NCBI GenBank assembly: GCA_964532595.1
Contig: CAZHIQ010000011.1
Span: 5,249 to 69,248 of the forward strand
Direction of reading: 5' to 3'
Origin: an uncultured Roseivirgaceae bacterium
GTDB taxonomy: Bacteria; Bacteroidota; Bacteroidia; Cytophagales; Cyclobacteriaceae
DNA: 64,000 nucleotides
The notes under the pieces are model-generated. The model saw only the letters and a list, made by a program, of their open reading frames with translations. It was not told where the DNA came from and ran no database searches. Positions 8,962-20,313 of this stretch are shown here, in pieces. The position numbers were made by a program, and so were the translations under genes. How positions within the stretch are numbered: position 1 is the first letter of the stretch; each line of letters opens with the position of its first letter.

Positions 8962-9998
8962 CGGAATTTCTGACCTATAAGTTGATCCTCGTCGCCGCAG
9001 TATTCGGCACCACGCTCTTTATTGCGATGTACTCGACCTACTTTGAACGCAAGGTCGCCGCCTTTATGCAAGACCGGATCGGCCCCAATCGCGCGGGTCC
9101 GTTCGGGATTCTCCAGCCTCTCGCCGATGGAATCAAGTTCTTCATGAAGGAAGAAATCATTCCCGTCAACGCAAACAAAATACTGTTTGTCATCGGTCCG
9201 TGTATTGCCATGCTTACTGCCCTGATGGCCGGGGTTGTCATCCCGTGGGGTAGCACATTAGTGATTAACGGCGTTGAATACAGCCTGCAGATTGCTGACC
9301 TGAACATCGGCATCCTCTATGTTTTCGCGGTTGTCTCAATCGGTGTGTACGGAATCATGATTGGTGGATGGGCGTCAAACAACAAGTTCTCCCTGCTAGG
9401 TGCTTTACGTGCATCAGCACAGATGATCAGCTACGAACTTGCCATGGGCCTTTCCATCATCGCTCTTATTTTGATCACCGGCACTTTAAGTCTTGGTGAA
9501 ATCGCGGCAATGCAGGGCGGAGGCCAGGGCGACCAATGGAACATGTGGAACATCGTATACCAACCCCTTGGCTTTCTGATTTTCCTCATCTGCGCCTTTG
9601 CTGAATGTAACCGCATGCCCTTCGACCTTCCGGAGAGTGAAACCGAACTTGTCGGTGGGTATCACACTGAATATAGCAGTATGAAGCTCGGGTTTTACAT
9701 GTTTGCCGAGTACATCAATATGTTCATCTCGTCAGCACTGATGGCAACCTTGTACTTCGGTGGGTATAATTTCCCGTTCATGAACGACCTCGGGTTGAGT
9801 CATAACGCCGTGACTATTTTGGGAACACTCGCGTTGTTCTTCAAGATATCGCTCTTCATTTTCTTCTTTATGTGGATTCGCTGGACGTTACCGCGTTTCC
9901 GTTATGATCAGCTCATGAACCTCGGATGGAAAGCACTTCTTCCCATCGCGATTGCTAATGTGTTGATCACTGCGTTTGTGATGGTTTTATTGGATTAA
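8958..9998 (+). CDS. nuoH: NADH-quinone oxidoreductase subunit H
   Basis: QDRIGPNR, QPLADGIKFFMKE, RASAQMISYE, PFDLPESETELVGG, RFRYDQLM. Confidence 0.97.
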   Translation: MTEFLTYKLILVAAVFGTTLFIAMYSTYFERKVAAFMQDRIGPNRAGPFGILQPLADGIKFFMKEEIIPVNANKILFVIGPCIAMLTALMAGVVIPWGSTLVINGVEYSLQIADLNIGILYVFAVVSIGVYGIMIGGWASNNKFSLLGALRASAQMISYELAMGLSIIALILITGTLSLGEIAAMQGGGQGDQWNMWNIVYQPLGFLIFLICAFAECNRMPFDLPESETELVGGYHTEYSSMKLGFYMFAEYINMFISSALMATLYFGGYNFPFMNDLGLSHNAVTILGTLALFFKISLFIFFFMWIRWTLPRFRYDQLMNLGWKALLPIAIANVLITAFVMVLLD

Positions 9999-10011
9999 GT
10001 AAAGATATTTT

Positions 10012-10581
10012 ATGCAGTCTCTTAGCGGAAGATCGAAAGTTGTAGTCAAAAAGGAGATGACCTTTTCCGAGCGGATGTATCTGCCCGCTATCTGGAACGG
10101 CATTATGATTACTATCCGGCACTTCTTTGGTAAAAAAGCCACCATCAAGTACCCGGAACAACAGCGACCCATCAGCCCCGTATGGCGTGGCCAGCACGTG
10201 CTTAAGCGCGACGAGCAGGGCCGCGAACGTTGTACAGCGTGCGGGCTGTGTGCGGTCTCTTGTCCCGCCGAAGCCATTACCATGCAGGCAGCAGAACGCA
10301 AGAAAGGCGAAGAACACCTTTATCGCGAGGAGCGGTACGCTGCAACATATGAGATAAACATGTTGCGCTGTATATTCTGCGGGCTTTGTGAAGAAGCCTG
10401 CCCGAAGGAAGCCATCTTCCTCACTGACAGGCTGGTGACGACGGAATATGGTCGCGGTGAGTTTATCTACGGAAAAGACAAACTGGTTGAACCGGTTAAT
10501 GCGCGAATCGATGTATCGAAACGTCAGAGCAAAGCTGTTCTCGAGTTCAAGGAAAACAAACGCTTTGCACACAACCGTTGA
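10012..10581 (+). CDS. nuoI: NADH-quinone oxidoreductase subunit I
   Basis: CTACGLCAVSCP and CIFCGLCEEACP ferredoxin motifs. Confidence 0.97.
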   Translation: MQSLSGRSKVVVKKEMTFSERMYLPAIWNGIMITIRHFFGKKATIKYPEQQRPISPVWRGQHVLKRDEQGRERCTACGLCAVSCPAEAITMQAAERKKGEEHLYREERYAATYEINMLRCIFCGLCEEACPKEAIFLTDRLVTTEYGRGEFIYGKDKLVEPVNARIDVSKRQSKAVLEFKENKRFAHNR

Positions 10582-10648
10582 TTAACCGAAAAGTTTTTTT
10601 TGAAAAACCTATAGGTTTGCACAGAATACGCAGGTAACCCTACTGATT

Positions 10649-11242
10649 GTGAGTTTATATATATTCTATTTTCTGGCTTTTGTTGCCGTGTTGAGCGCTC
10701 TGATGGTTGTGTTCTCACGCAACCCCGTTTATAGCGTGCTTTACCTTGTAATCACGTTCTTCAGCGTCGGCGGCCACTATCTGCTCCTTAGCGCAGAGTT
10801 TCTCTTCGCCGTTCATATCATCGTTTACGCAGGTGCTATCATGGTACTGTTCCTCTACGTCATCATGCTGATGAACCTGAACAATGAATCGGAGGCACCT
10901 AAGAAGACACCTTACCAGTTCGCCGCCGTGATTTCCGGTGGGTTGCTGATGATGGTTCTGGTGGGTGCCGTTCGCGGCGCGGAACAAGCACAGGTAGGAC
11001 TTGGAGCGGACCCCACGATAGGAACCGTTAAAACCCTTGGCAACATGTTGTTCAACGAGTTTCTGTTGCCTTTCGAAGTTGTATCAGTGCTCCTGCTCGC
11101 CGCCATGGTAGGCGCTGTTATGCTCGGCAAGAATCCGCTGAGAGCGCGCAGGTATACACCGAAGACCACCACGCGCACAGGCGCTGACGACCAAGAGAAG
11201 GACGTCACTATTGAAAATGTAAAACAGTTGACCAATGAATGA
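10649..11242 (+). CDS. nuoJ: NADH-quinone oxidoreductase subunit J
   Basis: [42 protein letters not shown]; GTG start. Confidence 0.95.
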   Translation: MSLYIFYFLAFVAVLSALMVVFSRNPVYSVLYLVITFFSVGGHYLLLSAEFLFAVHIIVYAGAIMVLFLYVIMLMNLNNESEAPKKTPYQFAAVISGGLLMMVLVGAVRGAEQAQVGLGADPTIGTVKTLGNMLFNEFLLPFEVVSVLLLAAMVGAVMLGKNPLRARRYTPKTTTRTGADDQEKDVTIENVKQLTNE

Positions 11243-11567
11243 TTCAGTTAGTCAGATGATCCAGCAGGTTCCCCTGAACCATTACATCTGGCTCAGCGCG
11301 GCACTTTTCGTCATCGGCGTCCTTGGCGTACTGTATCGCCGGAATGCTATCGTAATCTTTATGTGCATTGAGTTAATGCTTAATGCCGTCAACCTCCTCA
11401 TGGTTGCTTTTGCAGCCTTTCACGGCAATGCCGCAGGTCAGGTTTTCGTGTTCTTCGTCATGGCCGTCGCTGCAGCTGAAGTAGCCGTTGGACTGGCCAT
11501 ACTTATCGTGATCTACCACAACACCGGTAGCACGGACATTAACGTATTGAATAAACTGAAATGGTGA
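11235..11567 (+). CDS. nuoK: NADH-quinone oxidoreductase subunit K
   Basis: [29 protein letters not shown]. Confidence 0.96.
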   Translation: MNDSVSQMIQQVPLNHYIWLSAALFVIGVLGVLYRRNAIVIFMCIELMLNAVNLLMVAFAAFHGNAAGQVFVFFVMAVAAAEVAVGLAILIVIYHNTGSTDINVLNKLKW

Positions 11568-13459
11568 TGGACGTTATCGTTGGTCTTGTTCCCCTTGCTC
11601 CCCTCGCAGGGTTTCTTCTCATCGGACTCCTCAATAAGCAACTCAGGCCCTGGCTGGCAAGCCTGGTAGCTTGTGGATCAGTTCTGATATCATTCCTGTT
11701 GTCAATCGTGCTTTTCTTCGGCATGGGTGAACAACAATCCTTCACCTTTACCGCCTTTGAATGGATCGCCGCGGGCGACTTTGCAGTATCCTTCTCTTTC
11801 CTGGTGGATCCGTTGAGTATTCTTATGATGCTTATCATCACCGGTGTCGGTTTCCTGATCCACGTGTACTCGACCGGATATATGAAGGGAGACGAAGGCT
11901 ACAACCGGTTTTTCGCCTACCTCAACCTGTTCATCTTCTTCATGCTCCTCCTTGTTATGGGAGCCAACTATCTGCTGATGTTCGTGGGCTGGGAAGGCGT
12001 AGGACTCTGCTCCTACCTGCTGATCGGCTTCTGGTTCAAAAACACGGAATACAACAACGCCGCGAAAAAGGCCTTTATCATGAACCGAATCGGTGATGTC
12101 GGGCTAATCCTCGGCGTCATCATGATACTGATACATTTTGGTTCACTTTCCTATCCGGAAGTATTCGCGCAAGCCGGAGACATAGATTCAGGCGTCATCA
12201 CAGCGATCACATTACTGCTTTTCGTCGGAGCAATCGGGAAGAGCGCCCAGATTCCCCTTTACACCTGGCTTCCCGATGCCATGGCGGGTCCCACGCCTGT
12301 ATCAGCCCTGATTCACGCCGCCACAATGGTGACAGCAGGGATCTACATGATCGCGAGAAACAATCTGCTTTACACCCTGGCACCGTTGGCACTTGACATC
12401 GTAGCCGTAGTAGGCGTGGCAACAGCTTTGTTCGCGGCGACTATCGCCATCCTGCAGAACGACATAAAGAAGGTACTTGCTTACTCGACCGTAAGTCAGC
12501 TCGGACTCATGTTCCTGGCGCTTGGCGTCGGAGCCTACACAACCGGTATTTTCCACATGACGACCCACGCCTTCTTTAAGGCATTGCTTTTCCTTGGCGC
12601 GGGTAGTGTGATACACGCTATGAGCGGCGATCAGGATATTCGCAACATGGGAGGACTCAGAAAATACCTCCCGATAACGTTCGCTACATTCCTGATCGGA
12701 ACGCTGGCAATTGGCGGATTACCTCCTTTTGCGGGCTTTTTCTCGAAAGACGAAATCCTGGCTTCTACCTTCGTAAACAGTCCGGTGCTCTGGATCGTCG
12801 CCCTGGTGGCCTCACTGCTGACAGCATTCTATATGTTCCGTCTGTTCTTCCTTACGTTCTCGGGCCAATCCCGCGCCAGCGAAGAGGTAAAGGGACATCT
12901 CCACGAGTCGCCTACCAGCATGACATTTCCCCTTATCGCACTGGCTATTCTTTCGGCGATTGGCGGATTCATTGGAATCCCGTCTGTTTTTGGAGGCGGG
13001 CATGCGCTCAACAATTTCCTCGCACCAGTCTTTGCCGCATCGCACGAGGTAGCCGGAGCGCACCACCTCGATCACAGCACCGAACTCATTTTGATGGGCG
13101 TTGTCGTCGGCCTGACATTGATCACTATCTACTTTGCTTATAACCTTTACGTTAAGAAAGGATCAGTTCCCGCTCCCGAGAGTGCCGAACGCACAGGGTT
13201 GGTGCGACTCATATACAACAAATATTACGTTGACGAGTTGTACGAGAAGGTGGTTACCCAACCGCTGAACTTCCTTTCGCGCGTAACGGATACCGTTGTT
13301 GAGCGGCTGATGATCGACCAGCTTGTTAACGGTACCGGGAAACTGGTAACATGGGGCGGCAGGACCCTGCGATTAATCCAAACCGGCAACACTGGGTTTT
13401 ATGTATTTGCCATGGTCATAAGCATTATTATCCTGTTTGTAGTAAAAACACTTATCTGA
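11561..13459 (+). CDS. nuoL: NADH-quinone oxidoreductase subunit L
   Basis: [58 protein letters not shown]. Confidence 0.97.
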   Translation: MVMDVIVGLVPLAPLAGFLLIGLLNKQLRPWLASLVACGSVLISFLLSIVLFFGMGEQQSFTFTAFEWIAAGDFAVSFSFLVDPLSILMMLIITGVGFLIHVYSTGYMKGDEGYNRFFAYLNLFIFFMLLLVMGANYLLMFVGWEGVGLCSYLLIGFWFKNTEYNNAAKKAFIMNRIGDVGLILGVIMILIHFGSLSYPEVFAQAGDIDSGVITAITLLLFVGAIGKSAQIPLYTWLPDAMAGPTPVSALIHAATMVTAGIYMIARNNLLYTLAPLALDIVAVVGVATALFAATIAILQNDIKKVLAYSTVSQLGLMFLALGVGAYTTGIFHMTTHAFFKALLFLGAGSVIHAMSGDQDIRNMGGLRKYLPITFATFLIGTLAIGGLPPFAGFFSKDEILASTFVNSPVLWIVALVASLLTAFYMFRLFFLTFSGQSRASEEVKGHLHESPTSMTFPLIALAILSAIGGFIGIPSVFGGGHALNNFLAPVFAASHEVAGAHHLDHSTELILMGVVVGLTLITIYFAYNLYVKKGSVPAPESAERTGLVRLIYNKYYVDELYEKVVTQPLNFLSRVTDTVVERLMIDQLVNGTGKLVTWGGRTLRLIQTGNTGFYVFAMVISIIILFVVKTLI

Positions 13460-13483
13460 CGATATACCTGAGGATTCAAGCCG

Positions 13484-14941
13484 ATGTTAACGCTATTCTT
13501 GATTTTCTGGCCAGTACTGGCAACGCTCGTGTTCTTCGCCCTCAAGCGCCAAGACGCAAAGAAGTGGGCACTTGCCGCGTCCCTGATCGAACTCGCCATA
13601 GCTTTGGTAATGGTTGCCGGATTTAATCCCGCGGGAGGTCTTCAGTTCGAAGTCAACTATCCCTGGATCCGTTCCCTGGGCATTAACTTCCACCTCGCCA
13701 TTGACGGTATCAGCATGTTGCTCGTACTGTTAACCACAGTACTCACGCCGCTGATCATTTTGTCGTCATTCAAGCACGAGTACGACAACGCCAACGCGTT
13801 TTATTCGCTTGTTCTCCTCATGGAGATGGCTCTAATCGGAGTGTTTGTCGCGCTTGACGGGTTTCTCTTCTATATTTTCTGGGAGATGGCACTCATCCCG
13901 ATCTACTTCATTTGTCTGCGTTGGGGCGGCGTAAATCGCGGGCCGGTAACACTGAAGTTCTTTATCTATACACTGGCCGGTAGCCTCATCATGCTCGTCG
14001 GCCTGCTGTATGTCTATTTTCAGACACCGGGCGATCACAGCTTTAACATTCAGGCCCTTTACGCGGCAGGTCAGAGCTTGCCTGTTGCCGAGCAAGGGCT
14101 CGTGTTCTGGGCACTCTTTCTCGCCTTCGCAGTAAAAATGCCCATATTCCCCTTCCATACCTGGCAACCCGATACCTACTACACGTCACCGACTCCGGGA
14201 ACGATGCTGCTTTCCGGGATCATGTTGAAAATGGGTATTTACGGGGCGATCAGATGGCTGCTTCCGGTTGTTCCTGCAGGGGTTGACGCGTGGGGATCAA
14301 CAGCACTGATCCTGTCAGTGATCGGGATTGTCTATGCCTCGCTCCTCGCCATCATGCAAAAGGAGTTGAAACGCCTTATCGCGTACTCATCTATTGCGCA
14401 CGTGGGACTTATCGCGGCGGGCGTGTTCACACTGGAACAGACCGGCCTTCAAGGTGCTATGATTCAGATGTTCAGTCATGGAATCGTGATCGTGGGATTG
14501 TTCTTTATTGTCGACATTATTTTGTCGCGGACATCAACTCAGGAAATCGCGAGTCTGGGAGGCATCCGCAACAACGCACCGGTGTTCAACACGGTGTTCA
14601 TCATAATCCTCCTGGGCAGCGTAGCTTTACCTCTGACCAGTGGATTCGTCGGTGAATTCCTCCTGATAAAATCAGTTTTCGAATACAACGGAGCTAGTGG
14701 GACTTTTGCCGCGCTGACCATGATCTTCAGTGCAGTTTATATGCTTCGAAGTTTTCAAAATACGATGCTCGGCGAGAGCAACGCTATCACGAGTATCTTC
14801 AGTGATCTCGACCAACATGAAAAATGGGTTTTGTACCCTATTGTAATCCTGGTGATTCTCATTGGCGTTTATCCAGCCCCCCTGCTTGAAATGACTGAGC
14901 CGGCCGTGGCTGATTTGCTGAACGCCATGGGAAGAAATTGA
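13484..14941 (+). CDS. nuoM: NADH-quinone oxidoreductase subunit M
   Basis: FWEMALIP, AVKMPIFPFHTWQPD, LKMGIYG, IAYSSIAHVG, GFVGEF. Confidence 0.97.
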   Translation: MLTLFLIFWPVLATLVFFALKRQDAKKWALAASLIELAIALVMVAGFNPAGGLQFEVNYPWIRSLGINFHLAIDGISMLLVLLTTVLTPLIILSSFKHEYDNANAFYSLVLLMEMALIGVFVALDGFLFYIFWEMALIPIYFICLRWGGVNRGPVTLKFFIYTLAGSLIMLVGLLYVYFQTPGDHSFNIQALYAAGQSLPVAEQGLVFWALFLAFAVKMPIFPFHTWQPDTYYTSPTPGTMLLSGIMLKMGIYGAIRWLLPVVPAGVDAWGSTALILSVIGIVYASLLAIMQKELKRLIAYSSIAHVGLIAAGVFTLEQTGLQGAMIQMFSHGIVIVGLFFIVDIILSRTSTQEIASLGGIRNNAPVFNTVFIIILLGSVALPLTSGFVGEFLLIKSVFEYNGASGTFAALTMIFSAVYMLRSFQNTMLGESNAITSIFSDLDQHEKWVLYPIVILVILIGVYPAPLLEMTEPAVADLLNAMGRN

Positions 14942-14966
14942 TCGATAATTCGTAACAAGACATAAC

Positions 14967-16340
14967 GTGAATTCTGTATTCGTACTTTCAGGATTGGCCG
15001 TCATCTCCTTGCTGGCGGAAGTATTTAGTTTCAAGCGCTACCTGTTCCCTTTGGTCTTACTGGGGCTGCTTGCTTCCGCCGTCCTCCTTGTGTTCGATTG
15101 GAACGCGGGCGGATCGCATTTCAATAACATGCTGACGTTCGATAACTATGCCATCGCTTTCAGCATAGTCTTGTCCGCAACAGCTGTATTGTGGTTTCTC
15201 CTTGCACGTAAGGATCTGGAAGCCAACGAAAATATTACCGATCACTTCGCCCTCATCCTATTCTCCGTCGTAGGGGGCGTATTTATGGTGTCGTACACGA
15301 ACCTGGCAATGCTTTTCATGGGCATCGAGGTTCTCTCGATCTGCCTTTATGTCCTGGCGGGAAGTAACTTCAAAAGTATTTTCTCAAACGAAGCTGCTTT
15401 CAAGTATTTCCTGATGGGCTCGTTTGCCACCGGGTTTCTCCTGTTCGGGATAGCCCTCGTATTCGGCGCAACTTCGTCGTTCGATCTCACTGTAGTGGCG
15501 GCTCAGGTCGCTGACGGAAGTGCGAATACCGGATGGCTATACGCAGGTATCCTGATGCTCATCATTGGTCTGGGCTTCAAAATTTCGGCAGTTCCCTTCC
15601 ACTTCTGGGCTCCCGATGTTTACGAAGGAGCTCCGACACCGGTAACCGCATTTATGTCGACGATTGTTAAAATCGCCGCCTTCGCCGCGTTCTATCGGTT
15701 GTTCTCTATGAGCTTTGGTGCTGTCGCTGCGCAATGGGTCGATGTAGTGCAGGTGCTTACCATCCTGACGCTGTTGGTCAGCAACATCACTGCGGTTTAC
15801 CAACACAACGTGAAACGTATGCTGGCCTATTCGAGCGTGTCACACGCCGGGTACCTGCTCATCTCACTCGTAGCGCTGAATGACATCTCGGCAAGTGCTA
15901 TACTGTATTACGTCGCAGCTTACGCAGCAGCAACCATCACCGCCTTCACCGTACTCCACGCCGTGGAGGGCCGCGAGCAAGACGCCGTGGTTGACACGTT
16001 CAACGGACTGGTGAAACGCAATCCGTTCCTTTCCTTTTGTATGGCGGTCGCAATGTTATCCCTCGCGGGAATACCTCCGATGGCTGGCTTCTTCGGAAAA
16101 TACTATCTCTTCACAACAGCCTTCGAAAGCGGATACATCGGCCTAGTTCTCGTAGCTGTTCTTACTTCACTCATTGGTATTTACTACTACTTCAGAATCA
16201 TTATCGCCATGTATCTGAAGTCGACCGAGAAAGAAAGAATCGTGGCCATTCCGGCTTATGCCCGGATTGTCCTTGTTGTTACAGTGATTCTTACCCTGCT
16301 TTTCGGAATCTTCCCCGACTTGCTGGTAGGCCTGCTGTAA
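14967..16340 (+). CDS. nuoN: NADH-quinone oxidoreductase subunit N
   Basis: EAAFKYFLMG, FKISAVPFHFWAPDVYEGAPTPV, KRMLAYSSVSHAGY, SLAGIPP. Confidence 0.97.
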   Translation: MNSVFVLSGLAVISLLAEVFSFKRYLFPLVLLGLLASAVLLVFDWNAGGSHFNNMLTFDNYAIAFSIVLSATAVLWFLLARKDLEANENITDHFALILFSVVGGVFMVSYTNLAMLFMGIEVLSICLYVLAGSNFKSIFSNEAAFKYFLMGSFATGFLLFGIALVFGATSSFDLTVVAAQVADGSANTGWLYAGILMLIIGLGFKISAVPFHFWAPDVYEGAPTPVTAFMSTIVKIAAFAAFYRLFSMSFGAVAAQWVDVVQVLTILTLLVSNITAVYQHNVKRMLAYSSVSHAGYLLISLVALNDISASAILYYVAAYAAATITAFTVLHAVEGREQDAVVDTFNGLVKRNPFLSFCMAVAMLSLAGIPPMAGFFGKYYLFTTAFESGYIGLVLVAVLTSLIGIYYYFRIIIAMYLKSTEKERIVAIPAYARIVLVVTVILTLLFGIFPDLLVGLL

Positions 16341-16354
16341 AGTAAAACGGGTCG

Positions 16355-17323
16355 TTACGACGTGAGCGCACCTGCATAGTGCGCCTGAAGTTCGGAAACA
16401 AGTTGCGTCATGACTTCCAGGGCTTCTGTTGGCTCTTCGATTTCAACGTTGGCACCATACATCATGAGCCACCGACAAAACCAATGAAGGTTGCTCACGA
16501 GGAAATTCATTCTGATGTGATCTCCGAGATCCTGTTCGGACACAAATCCGTAGTAGCTCCTGGCGTTACGCGCATACGCTGCGGCGGTTCGACGAAATGT
16601 AACGACAACCTTCTGAAGTTCCTTTGCATCCTCGGATTCCTGCTCGAAATACTCCTTAAGCGAGTAGTATTTTCCTGAATCGTATTCTTCGTCCGTCACG
16701 GTCATCGTCCTGATCAGATCAACGCGAAAATCACGGTAGTCTTGTCGCAGTGTACACCAGCCGATGAGGTGCCAATGCCCTGAATAGAAAACCAATCCGA
16801 TTGGATGAACCAGCCTCCTTGTGTGTTCATCTTTGCGCGAGCGATATGACAGATCTACCGCCAGGTGAAACGAAAGAGCGCGCTGTAATTCAACCAGACA
16901 CATGTTGGATACTGACGATTCACTCTGCTCGCAGAAACCGCGATACACTGCAATCGACGACTGCAGATTTTCCAGGTGATCCTTCTCACGGGCATTGAGG
17001 ACGGAGGTGATCTTGAGGAGCGCTGATTCGTAGGCTTTGCGGATTGATGCATCCGTCATTTTCTCGATGAGCTTGCCACCGGTGAGCAACGCACTCGCCT
17101 CATCCTGGCTGAACATCACCGGAGGCAGATGGTAGCCGTCGACGATGAAATAGCCTTTACCGGCCTCCGATCCAATAGGCACTCCAGCCTCCATCAGGGC
17201 CTTAACGTCGCGGTAAACCGTTCGCAGACTGATACCAAACCTTTCGGCGATCTCCTCTGCCCTGACGACCCGTTTGCTTTGAAGCTGAATCAGCGTTGCG
17301 GTAAGACGGTCAATTCTGTTCAT
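16355..17323 (-). CDS. YafY-family HTH-WYL transcriptional regulator
   Basis: MNRIDRL, wHTH (IAERFGISLRTVYRDVKAL), GKGYFI, RRLVHPIGL, WHLIGWCTLRQDYRDFRVD WYL core, WCX-like C-terminus. Confidence 0.93.
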   Translation of the reverse strand: MNRIDRLTATLIQLQSKRVVRAEEIAERFGISLRTVYRDVKALMEAGVPIGSEAGKGYFIVDGYHLPPVMFSQDEASALLTGGKLIEKMTDASIRKAYESALLKITSVLNAREKDHLENLQSSIAVYRGFCEQSESSVSNMCLVELQRALSFHLAVDLSYRSRKDEHTRRLVHPIGLVFYSGHWHLIGWCTLRQDYRDFRVDLIRTMTVTDEEYDSGKYYSLKEYFEQESEDAKELQKVVVTFRRTAAAYARNARSYYGFVSEQDLGDHIRMNFLVSNLHWFCRWLMMYGANVEIEEPTEALEVMTQLVSELQAHYAGALTS

Positions 17324-17401
17324 AGGCGGTCTTTTTTCAATGCCGGTCGAAAGTCTTCGTTTCCAAGACCCTTCGAATAGCAAAGGGAAATATCGCTATT
17401 T

Positions 17402-19075
17402 CTACCAGAAAACCGTATATAGGATCGTCAGAATAGCAATCACTACAATGGCACCAACCGTAAAGGCACCGTGACTCTTGAACATCTCTGCCTGTACTTC
17501 CAACCCCTTCGGATTGTCTTTACTTTTCGGATCGGTTAGCGATACAACCACCATTACAGCCACCACGATCAGAAACACAAAGCCCATCCGGTCGATAAAA
17601 GGAATCTCAAAGAGGGCAGTCTGTGGGTTAAGCGCTGCGAACCCGTACCGAACGAGCCCCGAGAGATCCACCCATGAGGGCATCAGCTTGAATAACATGG
17701 AAAGTGGAAACGTAATGATGGCGGCAATCAGCGCTGCCCGGGCAGTAGTGCGTTTCCAGAAAAACCCGAGTACGAAAATAGCAAAAATACCCGGCGACAA
17801 GAACCCCGTGTATTCCTGGATATACTGGAAGCCTCCCTTCTTGTCGATGCCCATAAACGGAGCAATCGCCATGGCCACCACCATGGATACCACAATAGCA
17901 ATTCGGCCCACTATGACCATCTGTGTTTCACTCGCATCGATGCGGAAGAACTTTTTATAGATGTCCAGCGTGAAGATCGTTGAGATGCTGTTCGCCTTTC
18001 CTGCGAGCGAAGCCACAATGGCCGCTGTCAATGCAGCAAATGAAAGCCCCTTCAAACCCACGGGTAAGAGGTTAAGGAGGACCGGGTAGGCGCGATCCGG
18101 ATTGATGACACCATCGTCCATCATTTCCTGCTGGAAGATACCTTCCTGGTACAATACATACGCTGCAATTCCCGGGAGTACAACGATGATCGGCATGAGG
18201 AGTTTGAGGAACGCTGCGAACAATATTCCGTTACGGGCAGTCTTGAGATCCGCACCGAGGGCACGCTGGGTGATGTACTGGTTACAGCCCCAGTAATTGA
18301 GGTTGATGATCCACATCCCTCCCAGGAGAATGGATAAGCCCGGCAAATCGAGATAATTCGCGTTTTCCTGATCGAACACCATGTGAAAGTGCGACTGCGC
18401 GTTGTCGAGCATCAATGCGAATCCTTTCAACGCCCCTGTCTCCCCATAGTGTTCGGCAACAAGATGTACAGCGAGATACGTGGTAGCCAAACCTCCCAGC
18501 GTAAGCACCAGCACCTGGATTACGTCGGTGTATCCAATCACCTTCATACCCCCGAGTGTTATAAAGATGGCGAACACTCCGAGCCCGATCATACACAGAT
18601 AGAAGTCGAGTCCCGATACTGTACTGACGGCAAGCGCACCGAGGAAAAGGATAGAAGTGAGATTAACAATGACGTAGAGTAAAAGCCAGAACACCGCCAT
18701 GATGGTACTGACCGTCGAATTATATCGCTGCGTCAGAAACTGCGGCATTGTGTAAATCTTATTCTTCAGGTAAATCGGCATGAAGAAAATGGCGACCACG
18801 ATAAGAGTAGCCGCTGCCATCCATTCATAAGTCGCGATAGCGAGTCCCATCTGGAATCCCGATCCTGACATACCGATAAACTGTTCGGCTGAAATATTCG
18901 AGGCGATAAGGGAAGCCCCGATAGCCCACCAGGTCAATGCTCCTTCGGCTAGAAAGAAATCCTTCGAATCGGTCTCCGCCTTTTTCTTCTTGTGGTATAT
19001 CCAGTAGCCATAGCCGGCGACAATGACAAAATAGATCAGGAAGATAATGTAGTCTAATGCCTGAAGGTGTTGCAT
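17402..19075 (-). CDS. Sodium:solute symporter (SSS family, sugar-transporter type)
   Basis: WWAIGASLIASNISAEQFIGMSGSG, YWGCNQYITQRALGA, AAIVASL; many TM helices. Confidence 0.92.
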   Translation of the reverse strand: MQHLQALDYIIFLIYFVIVAGYGYWIYHKKKKAETDSKDFFLAEGALTWWAIGASLIASNISAEQFIGMSGSGFQMGLAIATYEWMAAATLIVVAIFFMPIYLKNKIYTMPQFLTQRYNSTVSTIMAVFWLLLYVIVNLTSILFLGALAVSTVSGLDFYLCMIGLGVFAIFITLGGMKVIGYTDVIQVLVLTLGGLATTYLAVHLVAEHYGETGALKGFALMLDNAQSHFHMVFDQENANYLDLPGLSILLGGMWIINLNYWGCNQYITQRALGADLKTARNGILFAAFLKLLMPIIVVLPGIAAYVLYQEGIFQQEMMDDGVINPDRAYPVLLNLLPVGLKGLSFAALTAAIVASLAGKANSISTIFTLDIYKKFFRIDASETQMVIVGRIAIVVSMVVAMAIAPFMGIDKKGGFQYIQEYTGFLSPGIFAIFVLGFFWKRTTARAALIAAIITFPLSMLFKLMPSWVDLSGLVRYGFAALNPQTALFEIPFIDRMGFVFLIVVAVMVVVSLTDPKSKDNPKGLEVQAEMFKSHGAFTVGAIVVIAILTILYTVFW

Positions 19076-19220
19076 GTTCGGGTAATTGGGTAGTTAGGGT
19101 TTTACATTAGGATCAGGCCGCAATGCCTCGACATTGCAATGAGTCCAATCAATAAAAATGAGTCTTTTTTTGAAACATGCAAAGCACCGGAAGAAAAATG
19201 GAATGAAAACCAACGACAAC

Positions 19221-19247
19221 AAAAAAAGCCCGACTCTCGTCGGGCTT
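19221..19247 (-). terminator. Intrinsic terminator after mdh
   Basis: AAGCCCGAC-tctc-GTCGGGCTT with an A run on + (U tract on -). Confidence 0.85.
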
Positions 19248-19269
19248 CTCCGTTTATGCTCACAAAGGA

Positions 19270-20199
19270 CTACCCGAGACGATCGAGTACATCCATTACT
19301 TCACGCACTGCTTTGCGACTGGCTTCGAGAAGAGCTTTCTCCTCCTGGTTAAGGTCTAGTTCGATGACCTTCTCGATACCGTTCTTACCCAGGATTACCG
19401 GAACACCAAGATAGCAATCGTTAATGCCATACTCGCCTTCGAGTTTGACACACACAGGGAACACACGACGCTGATCACGTACAATCGCTTCCACCATCTG
19501 GGCCGCGGCTGAACCGGGAGCATACCAAGCCGATGTCCCCATCAGTTTTACGAGTTCGCCACCTCCTACTTTTGTACGCTCAAGAATAGCATTGAGTTTG
19601 TCGCTATCGATCAACTCGGTTACGGGGATACCTCCTACGGTAGTATATCGGGGCAGGGGTACCATTGTATCGCCATGACCTCCCATCAACACAGCCTGAA
19701 TGTCTTTGGGTGATACATTCAGTGCTTCTGCCAGGAAAGCGCGGTAACGGGCAGTATCCAGAATACCGGCCATGCCCATGATGCGTGTGCGAGGCAGCTT
19801 GGACGTGATGTGTGCCTGATAGGTCATCACATCAAGCGGGTTGGAGACCACAATGATAATCGCATCCGGCGAATGACGAACAACATTCTCGGTTACCGTT
19901 TTCACAATGCCGGCGTTAGTACCGATGAGATCGTCACGACTCATCCCCGGCTTCCGGGGAAGTCCGGAGGTAATGACTACTACGTCCGATCCGGCTGTTT
20001 TTTCATAGTCGTTCGTCGAACCTATGGTCCGGGAATCATAGAGATTGATTGGCGCCTTCTGCCAGATATCCAGCGACTTTCCTTCGGCCAGACCTTCTTT
20101 AATATCTACGAGTACGATTTCGTTGGCAATCTCGCGATACGCCAGAACATCGGCACACGTTGCGCCCACGTTCCCAGCGCCTACTACGGTAACTTTCAT
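19270..20199 (-). CDS. mdh: Malate dehydrogenase
   Basis: VVGAGNVG, GLPRKPGMSRDDL, VSNPLD, LDTARY, GGHGDTMVP, SAWYAPG. Confidence 0.97.
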   Translation of the reverse strand: MKVTVVGAGNVGATCADVLAYREIANEIVLVDIKEGLAEGKSLDIWQKAPINLYDSRTIGSTNDYEKTAGSDVVVITSGLPRKPGMSRDDLIGTNAGIVKTVTENVVRHSPDAIIIVVSNPLDVMTYQAHITSKLPRTRIMGMAGILDTARYRAFLAEALNVSPKDIQAVLMGGHGDTMVPLPRYTTVGGIPVTELIDSDKLNAILERTKVGGGELVKLMGTSAWYAPGSAAAQMVEAIVRDQRRVFPVCVKLEGEYGINDCYLGVPVILGKNGIEKVIELDLNQEEKALLEASRKAVREVMDVLDRLG

Positions 20200-20313
20200 A
20201 TGCTATAGTTTTTGGTTTAAGATGGATCGTCGGCTAACGGCCGTGGCAACTCGCCGGCAAAGAATTGACTTCCCGGCCGCCATCGGCGCGCCAATTTATT
20301 AACTCACCGTGGA

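Noticed and set aside
3411-16345. Many 60-200 aa opposite-strand or off-frame ORFs within the nuo operon
   Set aside because: Fully overlap well-conserved nuo genes; expected shadows at this GC content
16355-17323. WYL gene as a marker of an anti-phage defence island
   Set aside because: Neighbours are nuoN, a sugar symporter and mdh; no nuclease, toxin, methylase or mobile gene nearby
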